Shown here: in pieces, positions 29,129-37,838 of the stretch
How the letters are laid out: every line of letters begins with the position of its first letter
How positions within the stretch are numbered: the stretch's first letter is position 1
Source of the DNA: a virus
Lineage: Duplodnaviria > Caudoviricetes
Reading direction: 5' to 3' (one strand)
IMG/VR virus record: IMGVR_UViG_3300037440_000064
Coordinates: 1 to 47,487 of that record
DNA: 47,487 nucleotides
Notes under the pieces: model-generated
What the model was told of the DNA's origin: nothing
Seen by the model: the letters and a program-made list of their open reading frames with translations, nothing else
Database searches by the model: none
Program-made: the position numbers and the translations under genes

Positions 29129-29448
29129 TAGAAAACTCCTAGTAAGACAACATTCTCCATTTTTGATTCAATGGTAACTGCCGCTATCGGCGCCGCGTTC
29201 ATGTACCTTAACAGGTCCAGCACATCGTCTATCAAAAGTCCTTTCATTCCCCTAGTATACATACTTCCCCGGATAAACCTTTCATAAGTTATAGGGTAGG
29301 GTATATCGAGATCCATTTCTCTAGCTTGTTCAGCTATGCGTTTCGCATCTGGTAGATTTCGACACACTATGTGCAAGGCGTCTTTTGCTGCTAGTTCTAT
29401 TAATCGGGTAGTCCTTCCGGTTCGCCTCGTTCCAATTATTATTTCCAT
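29128..29448 (-). CDS. Small P-loop-like protein
   Basis: IIIGTRRTGRTT Walker A-like start and GLLIDD Walker B-like segment in 106 aa. Confidence 0.55.
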   Translation of the reverse strand: MEIIIGTRRTGRTTRLIELAAKDALHIVCRNLPDAKRIAEQAREMDLDIPYPITYERFIRGSMYTRGMKGLLIDDVLDLLRYMNAAPIAAVTIESKMENVVLLGVF

Positions 29449-29470
29449 AATATATTACCAAGGTTATTTT

Positions 29471-29499
29471 AAAAGCCTACTCCTATTAAAGAGTAGGCT
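29471..29499 (-). terminator. Intrinsic terminator-like hairpin just after the tRNA-like RNA
   Basis: AGCCTACTC / GAGTAGGCT stem followed by a short T-run on the - strand. Confidence 0.6.
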
Positions 29500-29504
29500 C
29501 TGTT

Positions 29505-29677
29505 GTAGGTTGACAGGATTCGAACCTGTAAAGGCCTGTTTACCTTGCATCTAAAGGCTAATGACAGCTTTACTACTCAGTTCCGAACATCTTCTTATGG
29601 ATGCGTTCACCGAAGAATACTTTCCTTTTCGCAGTACCCTAGCCACCTGAAGCGTCTACCAATTCCGCCACAACTTA
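29505..29677 (-). ncRNA. tRNA-like RNA with an expanded anticodon domain
   Basis: - strand: acceptor TAAGTTG/CAACCTA, Leu-like D arm TGGCGGAATTGGTAGACGC, variable arm AAGGT/GCCTT, T arm ACAGG-TTCGAAT-CCTGT; ~80-90 nt insert in place of the anticodon loop; no encoded CCA. Confidence 0.7.
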
Positions 29678-29698
29678 CATTGTCTAACTAACAGTTAG

Positions 29699-30397
29699 TT
29701 ACAGTCCCGCTAACAGGTCATCAACGTCATCCGTCTTACCTGACCCCATGCCTAGTATGTCATCAAACGCATCCCCTGCCGCTCCGGTAATGTCACCGTA
29801 GAGGGAGCTTGCTTCATCGGCAACGCTGCTCTCAGAAGGTCCCCCGCCGAAACGTTCACCTTCTTTCAGCAAGGTAACACCGTTAAGACCTACGGCTACC
29901 CCTTTCTTCTTGTTGTTGAAGGGATAGAAAGAGATATCCCATACGCACCAGTCCCCTGATTCAATTATCCCACCGGAAGTAACCGTCTTACCGTAGGCTT
30001 TAATGATAGGCCGACCAAACTTCTCTTTACGCTTTGCTGACAAGTGGGACATACCCTTATAGGCGGCATACTTGCTTTCATCTTCTTGAAACTTGATATC
30101 CCCATTATTCAGGGGCAATTGCAGAACCGGGGGCTTTTTACCTCCCCAAAATTTTGTCATGCCGATCTTAACCGCATCGACAACTGCTCGGTTTACTATT
30201 GCCAGCACATCCGCACTTACGTTTTTGTGGAACAGTACAGCACTTTTATAGGATTTCGGGTCACCTTCGGCAGTCTTTTCGTCCGAGTCAAACACTGGCT
30301 CAAGCAGGTTGGCATATGAAGCCCGACCAGCTATCAGTATACGTACAACGTTCTCTTGTGTCTCTACTCTTTTTGCTTTGATTTCAGATGCTTTCAT
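29699..30397 (-). CDS. Single-stranded DNA-binding protein (DUF2815 / T7 gp2.5-like)
   Basis: RASYANLLEP, GVAVGLNGV..LKEGERFGG, acidic tail; typical DUF2800-DUF2815-PolA synteny. Confidence 0.88.
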   Translation of the reverse strand: MKASEIKAKRVETQENVVRILIAGRASYANLLEPVFDSDEKTAEGDPKSYKSAVLFHKNVSADVLAIVNRAVVDAVKIGMTKFWGGKKPPVLQLPLNNGDIKFQEDESKYAAYKGMSHLSAKRKEKFGRPIIKAYGKTVTSGGIIESGDWCVWDISFYPFNNKKKGVAVGLNGVTLLKEGERFGGGPSESSVADEASSLYGDITGAAGDAFDDILGMGSGKTDDVDDLLAGL

Positions 30398-30444
30398 TTT
30401 CGATTCTCCGAGTTTTCGATTTTTCAAGTTTAACTAACAGTTAG

Positions 30445-31773
30445 TTACAGGCTGTCTAACAGATCGTCCAGTTCACTTGCCCCGCCTTTAGGGGAATCAA
30501 GCTCACTTAGAAGATCATCTATACTACCCAACTTGGTATCAGCACTTACCGATACCCATTCCTCTACAGTTTTTTCCAGTTCTATTTCTACCTCCTCCTT
30601 TCTACCTTCAGGTAGTACTGCACTTCTTGGATCGGACTCAAGTACCATTACAGGTGAGCCTGGAACCCACTTGGTAAGCTTCTTAAAACCTTCCTTGACC
30701 CAAGAGAATTTTAGCTCCTTCTTTAGGAGTTTCTCAGCTTGCGGTAACGTCTTAACCGACACGTTGAACATATCTTCATCAGGTATCTTCTGCTCCGTGA
30801 GGAATGTGATAGCTTCATCTTCTGAAGTCCACTCTCTCTTACCTCTACCCTCTACCAGTTTCAAACCTGGAACAGGTACACCTGATTCAAGTATGCTCTT
30901 TGCTCTGTCTTTTACTTCCTTTATCACTCCTTCTACGACAAGAGATTTTTGAACAAGGTCGGATAGTTCCTGTACAGTTAACGACTCTATCGTGTCTTTA
31001 GTAGGCACTACCGGATAGTCTGCTACAAACGAGGCCATATCACTTTGCCCCACTTCAAGAAAAGCTTCGCACCTCCTAGCGTGTTTACAGTACTTGGCTT
31101 TGCAATGTGCGCCCGGGTTGAAGACGCCTTTCCCTTCTACTATCGCTTTTTGAGAAGGTATCAGCGTATTCTTATCCCAATCTAAAGCTTCTTGAAATGT
31201 AAGCTTCTGCGTCTGCAACGCCGAAGACACTTTAGGTTGAGAGATTCCTAGCACGATGTTTTTTACTTCGGTTATTACCCCCTCACGAATCAATGTTTCC
31301 GCTGCACTTAACCCGTATATCAACAACTGGCTGTTCCACTCCACCAATACTAGAACTCGTCCAAACTTGTAGTCGAATACGTACAACGTTAAAGTATTAG
31401 GATCAAAGTATATAAAGTCCCCTGTCCCAAAGCAGTCCTTACGCCAGCCATCGAAAGATACGGGCTTCTCAAGGAACAGATACTTCTTGTAGATCGTTAC
31501 TCCTTCTTCAAGAAGAAAGGTGTAGATAGCCTCAACAGCCGTCTTTACTTGTTCCCACTCATCTTCGTCAAGCTCGGCAGGATGGGCTGAAGCGAAGCTC
31601 AAGTGGCCTTCAGCTATCAGCTTTGCGGACTCATGTTGTAGCGTTCCCCTGTCCGCCGCGGGCCCCGCTTTATCTACGTACCCTGAATCGAGGAGTGCTT
31701 GAGGCATTGCTGTACAAGGTATCCATAGACCCGATCCTGAGGGTGACATTAGTTTACTATGTTCTTCTGACAT
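30445..31773 (-). CDS. DUF2800 Cas4-like PD-(D/E)xK exonuclease
   Basis: HSKLMSPS...W..C, GT..H, FGTGD, DYKFG, QL.IY, C..C...C, GLKLVEGR. Confidence 0.9.
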   Translation of the reverse strand: MSEEHSKLMSPSGSGLWIPCTAMPQALLDSGYVDKAGPAADRGTLQHESAKLIAEGHLSFASAHPAELDEDEWEQVKTAVEAIYTFLLEEGVTIYKKYLFLEKPVSFDGWRKDCFGTGDFIYFDPNTLTLYVFDYKFGRVLVLVEWNSQLLIYGLSAAETLIREGVITEVKNIVLGISQPKVSSALQTQKLTFQEALDWDKNTLIPSQKAIVEGKGVFNPGAHCKAKYCKHARRCEAFLEVGQSDMASFVADYPVVPTKDTIESLTVQELSDLVQKSLVVEGVIKEVKDRAKSILESGVPVPGLKLVEGRGKREWTSEDEAITFLTEQKIPDEDMFNVSVKTLPQAEKLLKKELKFSWVKEGFKKLTKWVPGSPVMVLESDPRSAVLPEGRKEEVEIELEKTVEEWVSVSADTKLGSIDDLLSELDSPKGGASELDDLLDSL

Positions 31774-31837
31774 TGTGTAACCTCCCTAACTAACCTGTTA
31801 GTTAAGCTTGATACTGCTCAACTAACAGGTAGTGGAA

Positions 31838-32242
31838 TTATTCCGTGGCCGAACGTTTGAGGAAAGTAACGAAAGCTTCCCTTTTCTCGGCAGATATGTC
31901 TTCCATCCGCTCAACTTTCAATTTGCCAAAAGCCTTCTTCACTTGCGTCAAGGCAACGTCTTTCCCTTTGGCGGTAATCAGCTCTTTCAGCGCCAGCTTC
32001 ATACCTTCGACAGTGATACCCTCTGGCTCTGGTTCAGGCTCGTCGAGAAGACCGTCAAGGCCGTCATCTTCCACCCCTGCATCCATCCCCAAGTCCATCC
32101 CCAAGTCCATTTCAGCTTCTTCAGGAGGAGCCTCAACAGTACGCTTATTCGCCGGGGTAGCTCCACCCATAAGCATACCGATAAGGGTCAAGGCGATCTG
32201 CATAGAAGCTTTGTTTGTAAGATCAACAGTTAAATTTGCCAT
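31838..32242 (-). CDS. Hypothetical protein of the replication module
   Basis: Acidic linker and C-terminal helical domain, usual position upstream of DUF2800; RBS GGAG. Confidence 0.7.
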   Translation of the reverse strand: MANLTVDLTNKASMQIALTLIGMLMGGATPANKRTVEAPPEEAEMDLGMDLGMDAGVEDDGLDGLLDEPEPEPEGITVEGMKLALKELITAKGKDVALTQVKKAFGKLKVERMEDISAEKREAFVTFLKRSATE

Positions 32243-32279
32243 TTTCGTAGTCTCCGTTTGTTGTTTTTGTTTTGCCCTA

Positions 32280-32585
32280 TTACAGGCTGTTTAATAAATC
32301 ATCCACATCCGATAAGTCACCAGTATCAGGTGGCCCCTCTTCTATCCCTTTTACCAAGGGAGAAGAACCCACGTACTTCGGGTTGCTTACCAACTTCCAC
32401 AAATCCAAGTCTCCGTTCGTGACCTCCTTCAGCATAAGAGCTACTTCAAGACTCGCTTGACTCTTCCCTTTTGCTATGTTTGACAACGCTTGTTTAGATG
32501 GTGAATCCCCAAACTTTTCAATAAGCCTTTTATTAAGCTCAGTTGGCCCCATCCGTTTTAACTCCAACCACATTTCCAGTTTCAT
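32280..32585 (-). CDS. XRE/Cro-like helix-turn-helix protein
   Basis: SKQALSNIAKGKSQASLEVALMLKEVTNG pattern; start at ATG 32585 after GGAGG, overlapping the primase stop. Confidence 0.7.
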   Translation of the reverse strand: MKLEMWLELKRMGPTELNKRLIEKFGDSPSKQALSNIAKGKSQASLEVALMLKEVTNGDLDLWKLVSNPKYVGSSPLVKGIEEGPPDTGDLSDVDDLLNSL

Positions 32586-35458
32586 ACCTCCACCTCCTCT
32601 AAATTTTGAGGATAGAATTTCCACCCTCTACGGTTTTCTTCTTTGGTATTTATAACCCTCCTCCCTGTTACTAACTGAATATCTCTCGCCGCTACCCCTA
32701 GCCTGGTGCCTAAAGACCTTACTGTCTTTACCATGTGTGCGGGGGCTATCTCTATTGAGAAGCCACTAGCATTTACTATCTTTCCAGCGTTCTCGTTTAC
32801 AAACCTTCGATAGTATATGTAGCACTCATTGGTATCCAAAAATACCTCCCTACGCTTTATGAATATCGGGTCATTACATATCCAAGCAATTACTAGACTT
32901 GTTGTGGAGTTAAGTATTGCTTCGTTAGCGTTTTCAAATCTCTTCCTTTCACCTACCTTTCTAGCTAACGCTTTCTCTGACATTTTATCCACATTGGGAT
33001 AGGCTTTCATTAATAAAGCTGCTTCCATCCTTGCCTGATCGCTCCACAGAGAGCGGTCATTTAAGTCTCGGTTCTTTTCTCTCAGCCTATTTACCCTAGC
33101 TATCACTCTTGATATGAAGAACATAAGACCGATACGCATCCGTGGACTTTCTTTTACCCATTTAGCGTACAAATCTCCTTTACAATTTTTCATATCAGAG
33201 GTTACTGCTACCGTGATAGTGCGTGATCTTAAATCCTGATTCGTAGTTACCGCAAGTAGTGCGGTTAATACTAAAGGTTTCTTTATAATCAAATCCAAGT
33301 ACCTTTGAGAGTACAATACCCTTAAATCGTATCTCCATCCAGTAGCTATTGAACAGAGCATATCCTGATCTCTGGGGGCTATTCCACTCAGGTTATCAAA
33401 GACTGTTACATGCCTGTTCCTAAGAGTTTTTGCCAAGTCCTCCTTTTTATACAGTCCGTTATGTAAGTCCGGCCCTTCTTTAATATCAGCTGAAGTGGGG
33501 TCACATAACTCCTTGGTGAAGACCGCTGTGCTGCTCTTTCCGTCTTCAGACCGTCCGGTTATTTGTAGCAGGTTAGCTGTTCCGGTATTGACAGTCGCTA
33601 CTGTTTGCCATGCAATCAACTCCAACAAATCAAGGTCATCAACAACTGTTGTAAACTCCCTGATACCCTCTAAGTAGTTGTCGATGTACAACATCTTACC
33701 CATTTCACCTAACGTTTCTATCTGCTCAGTGAAGTCGTCTACCTCCGCAACTAACGTGTTAGTTGAGTACCTCCATAAAACCGGAGCGGTTTGGGAAGGT
33801 ATTACCTTTACCCCTTTTTCACATATAACGGCAGTCCGCATTTCTCCCTGAAGAGTACTACCTAAGTTATAATAGGTTGTATTCTTACCGTTTACTACTG
33901 TTGAGTAACACCTGTTCTCAACTGGATAGCGTTTAAAAGGATTATAGATAGGGTCATCCTTTCGAGACACCAATATACGTAGTACCGTTCTCTCAAATTG
34001 GAAAGGAAGTTTCCCTCCATACAGCCCAAATGCCCTTGCGTATATCTCCTCTTCAACTCCTTCGTCTAAGGAGATAAGCTTGTACTTGTCGCCGTTTTCG
34101 ATCATGCAATACAGGCAGTTGTCGTTCTCTCCCTGTATCCATTTGAACTGATCTATGAGGGACTCGACCATCAATTCAGGGTCAAGTTTATCCCCCAAAT
34201 CTGAAGCCGCCTTTTCCAAATCAGCTATACTAACTTTTGTTTTTAACTCCCGCTTTATTGTGGATCGTACATCTACCCACCTTTCAGGCATCTTCGCTTT
34301 CAGGTGTCGTATTGCATCAAGGCAACTTCTATCGAACATCAAAGAAGAGTTCCCGCCGTTCTTTATTGCTTCTATGGCGTTTGTTACTTCTTGAACTTGT
34401 AAGTCTGATTGCTCCCCGAACTTTTTCTTTACCGCCGTTTGCAGATACCCTTTGATCTTCTCTCTGGTATATCTTTCCCGGTCTTCCTTCGACCCTCTTA
34501 CTCCGTGTTTGGTTATGTTCGCCCACATCTTAGTGTAGACGTTATTAACATGGTACACTAAGTCAGAGGTAACTGAAGAATCGCCTACCTCTTGAACCAG
34601 TTGAGCGCAAGCCCTATACGCTGGTTCGTTTATTCCGTGTGTCTGAGTACCACATAATGCTAATGTTTTCTCCCACGTAGCCCCTATAGGAATTTTACTA
34701 ACTAACGTGTTAGTTGTACCCGAACTTGTTTTTTGTTCTATATCTTGAATCAATCCATCCAACTCAGCCTTTCGTACATAAGGAGATAGGTGGTCACAAT
34801 GCTCTGTCAACCTTAGTGAACCAGGTAGAGGGTCGTTAAACCCCTGGCATACCCTTCTTGATATGTAGTCAGGCTGAATTGAGTGGAAAGACCTGTAATC
34901 TATTTTATAAACACCGTTCAGGGAATTGTGATTAAATCCCCAATCGTGTAAACTTTTAAGTGTTATTGGTTCGTCAAGTAAAAAGTATAAATGCGCTCTT
35001 AACTTATCCTTCGACCACATACTAGAAGACAACAAGCAACAAAACTGTACTCCTTTTAGTGCTTCTAAACCCATCCTATTTACTAGGATTTCGTTTACCG
35101 TTTTATATATTCCTTCTTTTGTTCCTAGTGAAAATCCTTCAGGTACAGGCCAGCTATCAGCATCGATCATTAAAAGGTTAGTATCTTCGCACTCAAAATC
35201 CGTCATCCGTCTATATGCTATCTTACCTAAGCCTTTAACTGGTCTACCGTATATCCTTATGACTTTTTTATCTGCACATCTAGCTAATAAACTATATAAG
35301 TCTGAAATCGTTTTTACTTCAGTGGTTGCGTAAGTAAACTTTAGTCCTAGCTCATACTCAGAGGTCAGTTTCGGCCTCCGAGTAGATTCCTCAAGAGCAA
35401 AGGATTTCGCTGTTACGGCGCTCTTCCAAGTTGGCCGTAGTATAGTTATGTTTGACAT
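32582..35458 (-). CDS. Primase-helicase (PrimPol-like N-terminus, SF3-like ATPase)
   Basis: MIDAD and RAHLYF catalytic-like motifs; GRSEDGKSS Walker A; VFDNLS Walker B; RVLYS; DLRSR. Confidence 0.75.
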   Translation of the reverse strand: MSNITILRPTWKSAVTAKSFALEESTRRPKLTSEYELGLKFTYATTEVKTISDLYSLLARCADKKVIRIYGRPVKGLGKIAYRRMTDFECEDTNLLMIDADSWPVPEGFSLGTKEGIYKTVNEILVNRMGLEALKGVQFCCLLSSSMWSKDKLRAHLYFLLDEPITLKSLHDWGFNHNSLNGVYKIDYRSFHSIQPDYISRRVCQGFNDPLPGSLRLTEHCDHLSPYVRKAELDGLIQDIEQKTSSGTTNTLVSKIPIGATWEKTLALCGTQTHGINEPAYRACAQLVQEVGDSSVTSDLVYHVNNVYTKMWANITKHGVRGSKEDRERYTREKIKGYLQTAVKKKFGEQSDLQVQEVTNAIEAIKNGGNSSLMFDRSCLDAIRHLKAKMPERWVDVRSTIKRELKTKVSIADLEKAASDLGDKLDPELMVESLIDQFKWIQGENDNCLYCMIENGDKYKLISLDEGVEEEIYARAFGLYGGKLPFQFERTVLRILVSRKDDPIYNPFKRYPVENRCYSTVVNGKNTTYYNLGSTLQGEMRTAVICEKGVKVIPSQTAPVLWRYSTNTLVAEVDDFTEQIETLGEMGKMLYIDNYLEGIREFTTVVDDLDLLELIAWQTVATVNTGTANLLQITGRSEDGKSSTAVFTKELCDPTSADIKEGPDLHNGLYKKEDLAKTLRNRHVTVFDNLSGIAPRDQDMLCSIATGWRYDLRVLYSQRYLDLIIKKPLVLTALLAVTTNQDLRSRTITVAVTSDMKNCKGDLYAKWVKESPRMRIGLMFFISRVIARVNRLREKNRDLNDRSLWSDQARMEAALLMKAYPNVDKMSEKALARKVGERKRFENANEAILNSTTSLVIAWICNDPIFIKRREVFLDTNECYIYYRRFVNENAGKIVNASGFSIEIAPAHMVKTVRSLGTRLGVAARDIQLVTGRRVINTKEENRRGWKFYPQNLEEVEV

Positions 35459-35513
35459 AGTATACCTTTGAGCTACCTAATATCGGGGTTAATTTCGCAT
35501 TGTGACATTTATT

Positions 35514-35542
35514 ATAGTAACACAACGAATATATTTTGTCAA
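35514..35542 (-). promoter_or_regulatory. Sigma70-type promoter for the replication genes
   Basis: TTGACA, 17 bp spacer, TGn-TACTAT on the - strand; shares TTGACAAAATATATT with the promoter at 39937-39965. Confidence 0.75.
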
Positions 35543-35550
35543 GCACTTTT

Positions 35551-35730
35551 TTATGCGGGCTTTGGCTTCAACTCCCACCCTACATCTTTACAGGAGTGGT
35601 TCGAGCCGCTGCATTTTACGCTGATTCCCACATGCTCAAGCTTTCTCTTGTGGGAGTATAGGCGGTTCTCTCTCTTCAGCTTTACCCTTTTACCACATAG
35701 TGGACAAGTGGCAACTTTAATCCAAGGCAT
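35551..35730 (-). CDS. Small Zn-ribbon protein
   Basis: CPLCG...H...CSGS; RBS GAGGAG. Confidence 0.6.
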   Translation of the reverse strand: MPWIKVATCPLCGKRVKLKRENRLYSHKRKLEHVGISVKCSGSNHSCKDVGWELKPKPA

Positions 35731-35732
35731 AA

Positions 35733-36233
35733 CTAGTCCTCCTCTAAACATTTAAACATATCCAAGGGTTTATACTCCATCCAGTCCAATGGCCTACCTA
35801 CTAATATACAAGGCTCTCGGCCTGAAAGAATGGACCCAAACTCGTCTACTATAGACTTGCCTTTCAGGATAACCCCAGGCAAGGCTATGTCAATTATCGG
35901 ACTGTCTTGAGATAGGTCGTCTTGCCACCAAGCGTGGAACTCAAAAGGCGGGCGGTATTCGTACCCATAATTAGCCGACCTATTCTCATTATAAACGTAT
36001 AGAGATCCTAACACCACATACCCAAATCGGAAATAGTTTCGTACTATAAGGGCTTTTTCCAAACAATTCCAGTATAGGTTTAGACCTTTACACATCTTTA
36101 CCATATCAAGTAGCATTACCTTCTTGGTATGCGTACTTAAACTAACAGTACTTATTATGGGGTAACGCTCTTCCCCGGTCATTACCGCATCCTTATCTTG
36201 CCCCACATTACAAAAAGTTGTTCTGTCTCCCAT
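35733..36233 (-). CDS. Hypothetical protein
   Basis: RBS GGGAGG; C...HAW spacing is reminiscent of a transglutaminase-like triad (weak). Confidence 0.65.
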   Translation of the reverse strand: MGDRTTFCNVGQDKDAVMTGEERYPIISTVSLSTHTKKVMLLDMVKMCKGLNLYWNCLEKALIVRNYFRFGYVVLGSLYVYNENRSANYGYEYRPPFEFHAWWQDDLSQDSPIIDIALPGVILKGKSIVDEFGSILSGREPCILVGRPLDWMEYKPLDMFKCLEED

Positions 36234-36245
36234 GACATTACCTCC

Positions 36246-36458
36246 CTACTTGATGAACAGCTGTATTAGAATTAAATCCGTAGTAATCGACGCTAACCCT
36301 GTTGATACGCCTACTATCAGGACCACCACTAAACACTTTACTCCTACTCGCTCGGTTTTGAGAACCTGGCTCGCAGTCGTGTATGATATTAATATAAACA
36401 GCACAACTGATAATGAGCATAACAAAGCTAAATGAATCATCCAAATATAATCTATCAT
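36246..36458 (-). CDS. Small membrane protein (2 TM)
   Basis: Start at ATG 36458 after the GGAGGTCACA leader; hydrophobic. Confidence 0.65.
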   Translation of the reverse strand: MIDYIWMIHLALLCSLSVVLFILISYTTASQVLKTERVGVKCLVVVLIVGVSTGLASITTDLILIQLFIK

Positions 36459-36484
36459 CTTGTGACCTCCAACTAACATGTTAG

Positions 36485-37627
36485 TTACATTACGATTACC
36501 CTACCATAAGGAGGGCGGAATTGTGATTGATCTTGCCATACAAGCCATATAACTGGATAGTCCGGCTTTTTTGCAAAACTGCTGCAATACCCATCTGTCA
36601 GGTATATCAGCATTATGGGGTCAATGTTGTTATCGTGTACATACTTAAAAGGTGGTCTAAAATCCGTTCCCCCGCCTCCCACCGGCTTCAATCCAGGTTC
36701 TTCTCCCTCATTGAAGACTTGTACAGAACCTATTTTCGAATCGCACCATATTACGTATGTCTTCTCAGGTGCTATGTTCTGAACACAACTCATAACTTCT
36801 GAAGCCATGGCTACCAGTTGTTTCTTGCTTATCGAACCGGAAGTGTCCGCAGCAAAGACTACTGAGCCGACTTTAGTTCCTACCATACCCGGAAGGATAA
36901 ACTCGCAATCGTAACGCCTATCCGGGTGCTCAAAGGTATAGTCTTCCATCCCAAGCACGTCTTCAATGGTAGATGGTAAAAGTTGCCGCCAATCTGTTTT
37001 CGATTCGGTCATCTTATCCAAACGTCTACGTAGATTAGCAGGCATATCCCCCATCATCCGAGCTTGCTGGATAGCATCCATTTGTTTCTGTGCATGTTCT
37101 TCCCGTTTTTTCTCTCTTTGCTCAGGTGTGTCTTGTTCCCCTTCTCTCCCCTCTGAAGGTTGCGAATCCGGCATGCACTCCCCTTGTTCATTTTCGTTCC
37201 ACTTAGGTTGAGGCCTACGCTCTTGATTGTCTTCCAATTTGGCATAGATCTCTTCCATTGCCATTCCGGTAAACTCATGCGACCATAAGAAGGTATAAGG
37301 TATTGGTAGCCCCATATCCTTCAGAAGATCATTAACTGCATAATCCGCTGCTCTTTGAATTTTCTCCTTATCGTGTACTGGTCGGATGCGTAATGGGTGC
37401 CCTAAAAATACATGGGCAATTTCATGTATGAAGCTTACCATTTGATCTACCGGAGATAAGCTTGCCATGTATTCGGGATTATATACTACTTCTTTCATGT
37501 TCACCTTGAGAGTGGGTATAAACTCGTTAGACTTCATTTCAAGGTTAAACATGAAAGACGAAAGCAGGGGATAGTCTGCAACCACTTTCGCTCTTATTTT
37601 TTCAAGGTCTTTGTTGTCGAATGACAT
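36485..37627 (-). CDS. DUF2201-type metallopeptidase + VWA domain protein
   Basis: HEIAH, AADYAVN, DTSGS (MIDAS), GGGGTDF, YLTDG. Confidence 0.9.
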   Translation of the reverse strand: MSFDNKDLEKIRAKVVADYPLLSSFMFNLEMKSNEFIPTLKVNMKEVVYNPEYMASLSPVDQMVSFIHEIAHVFLGHPLRIRPVHDKEKIQRAADYAVNDLLKDMGLPIPYTFLWSHEFTGMAMEEIYAKLEDNQERRPQPKWNENEQGECMPDSQPSEGREGEQDTPEQREKKREEHAQKQMDAIQQARMMGDMPANLRRRLDKMTESKTDWRQLLPSTIEDVLGMEDYTFEHPDRRYDCEFILPGMVGTKVGSVVFAADTSGSISKKQLVAMASEVMSCVQNIAPEKTYVIWCDSKIGSVQVFNEGEEPGLKPVGGGGTDFRPPFKYVHDNNIDPIMLIYLTDGYCSSFAKKPDYPVIWLVWQDQSQFRPPYGRVIVM

Positions 37628-37629
37628 TG

Positions 37630-37815
37630 CTATTCCTCCCTTATTTCATCTTTCTCCATTTCTCCATTTCTTCTGTCCAATTCGGCCTGATACTCTTTTA
37701 CATCAGGATCATCGGGACCAAAAGTTACAAGCATTATTTTCAAATCGTGTTCTATGTCCTCAGTACAATAGTTTCTTACCTCGTACTGTTCCAGTGGTAT
37801 CTCTCTTTTCATCAC
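37630..37815 (-). CDS. Small acidic hypothetical protein
   Basis: RBS AAGGAG right after a palindrome copy; fills the gap between the AAA and VWA genes. Confidence 0.6.
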   Translation of the reverse strand: MMKREIPLEQYEVRNYCTEDIEHDLKIMLVTFGPDDPDVKEYQAELDRRNGEMEKDEIREE

Positions 37816-37838
37816 TATTCTCCTTAACTAACCGTTAG

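Noticed and set aside
29505-29677. Canonical tRNA, tmRNA or group I intron-containing tRNA-Leu
   Set aside because: No 7-nt anticodon loop, no tmRNA Ala acceptor identity, and the insert is too short for a group I core; kept as a tRNA-like ncRNA
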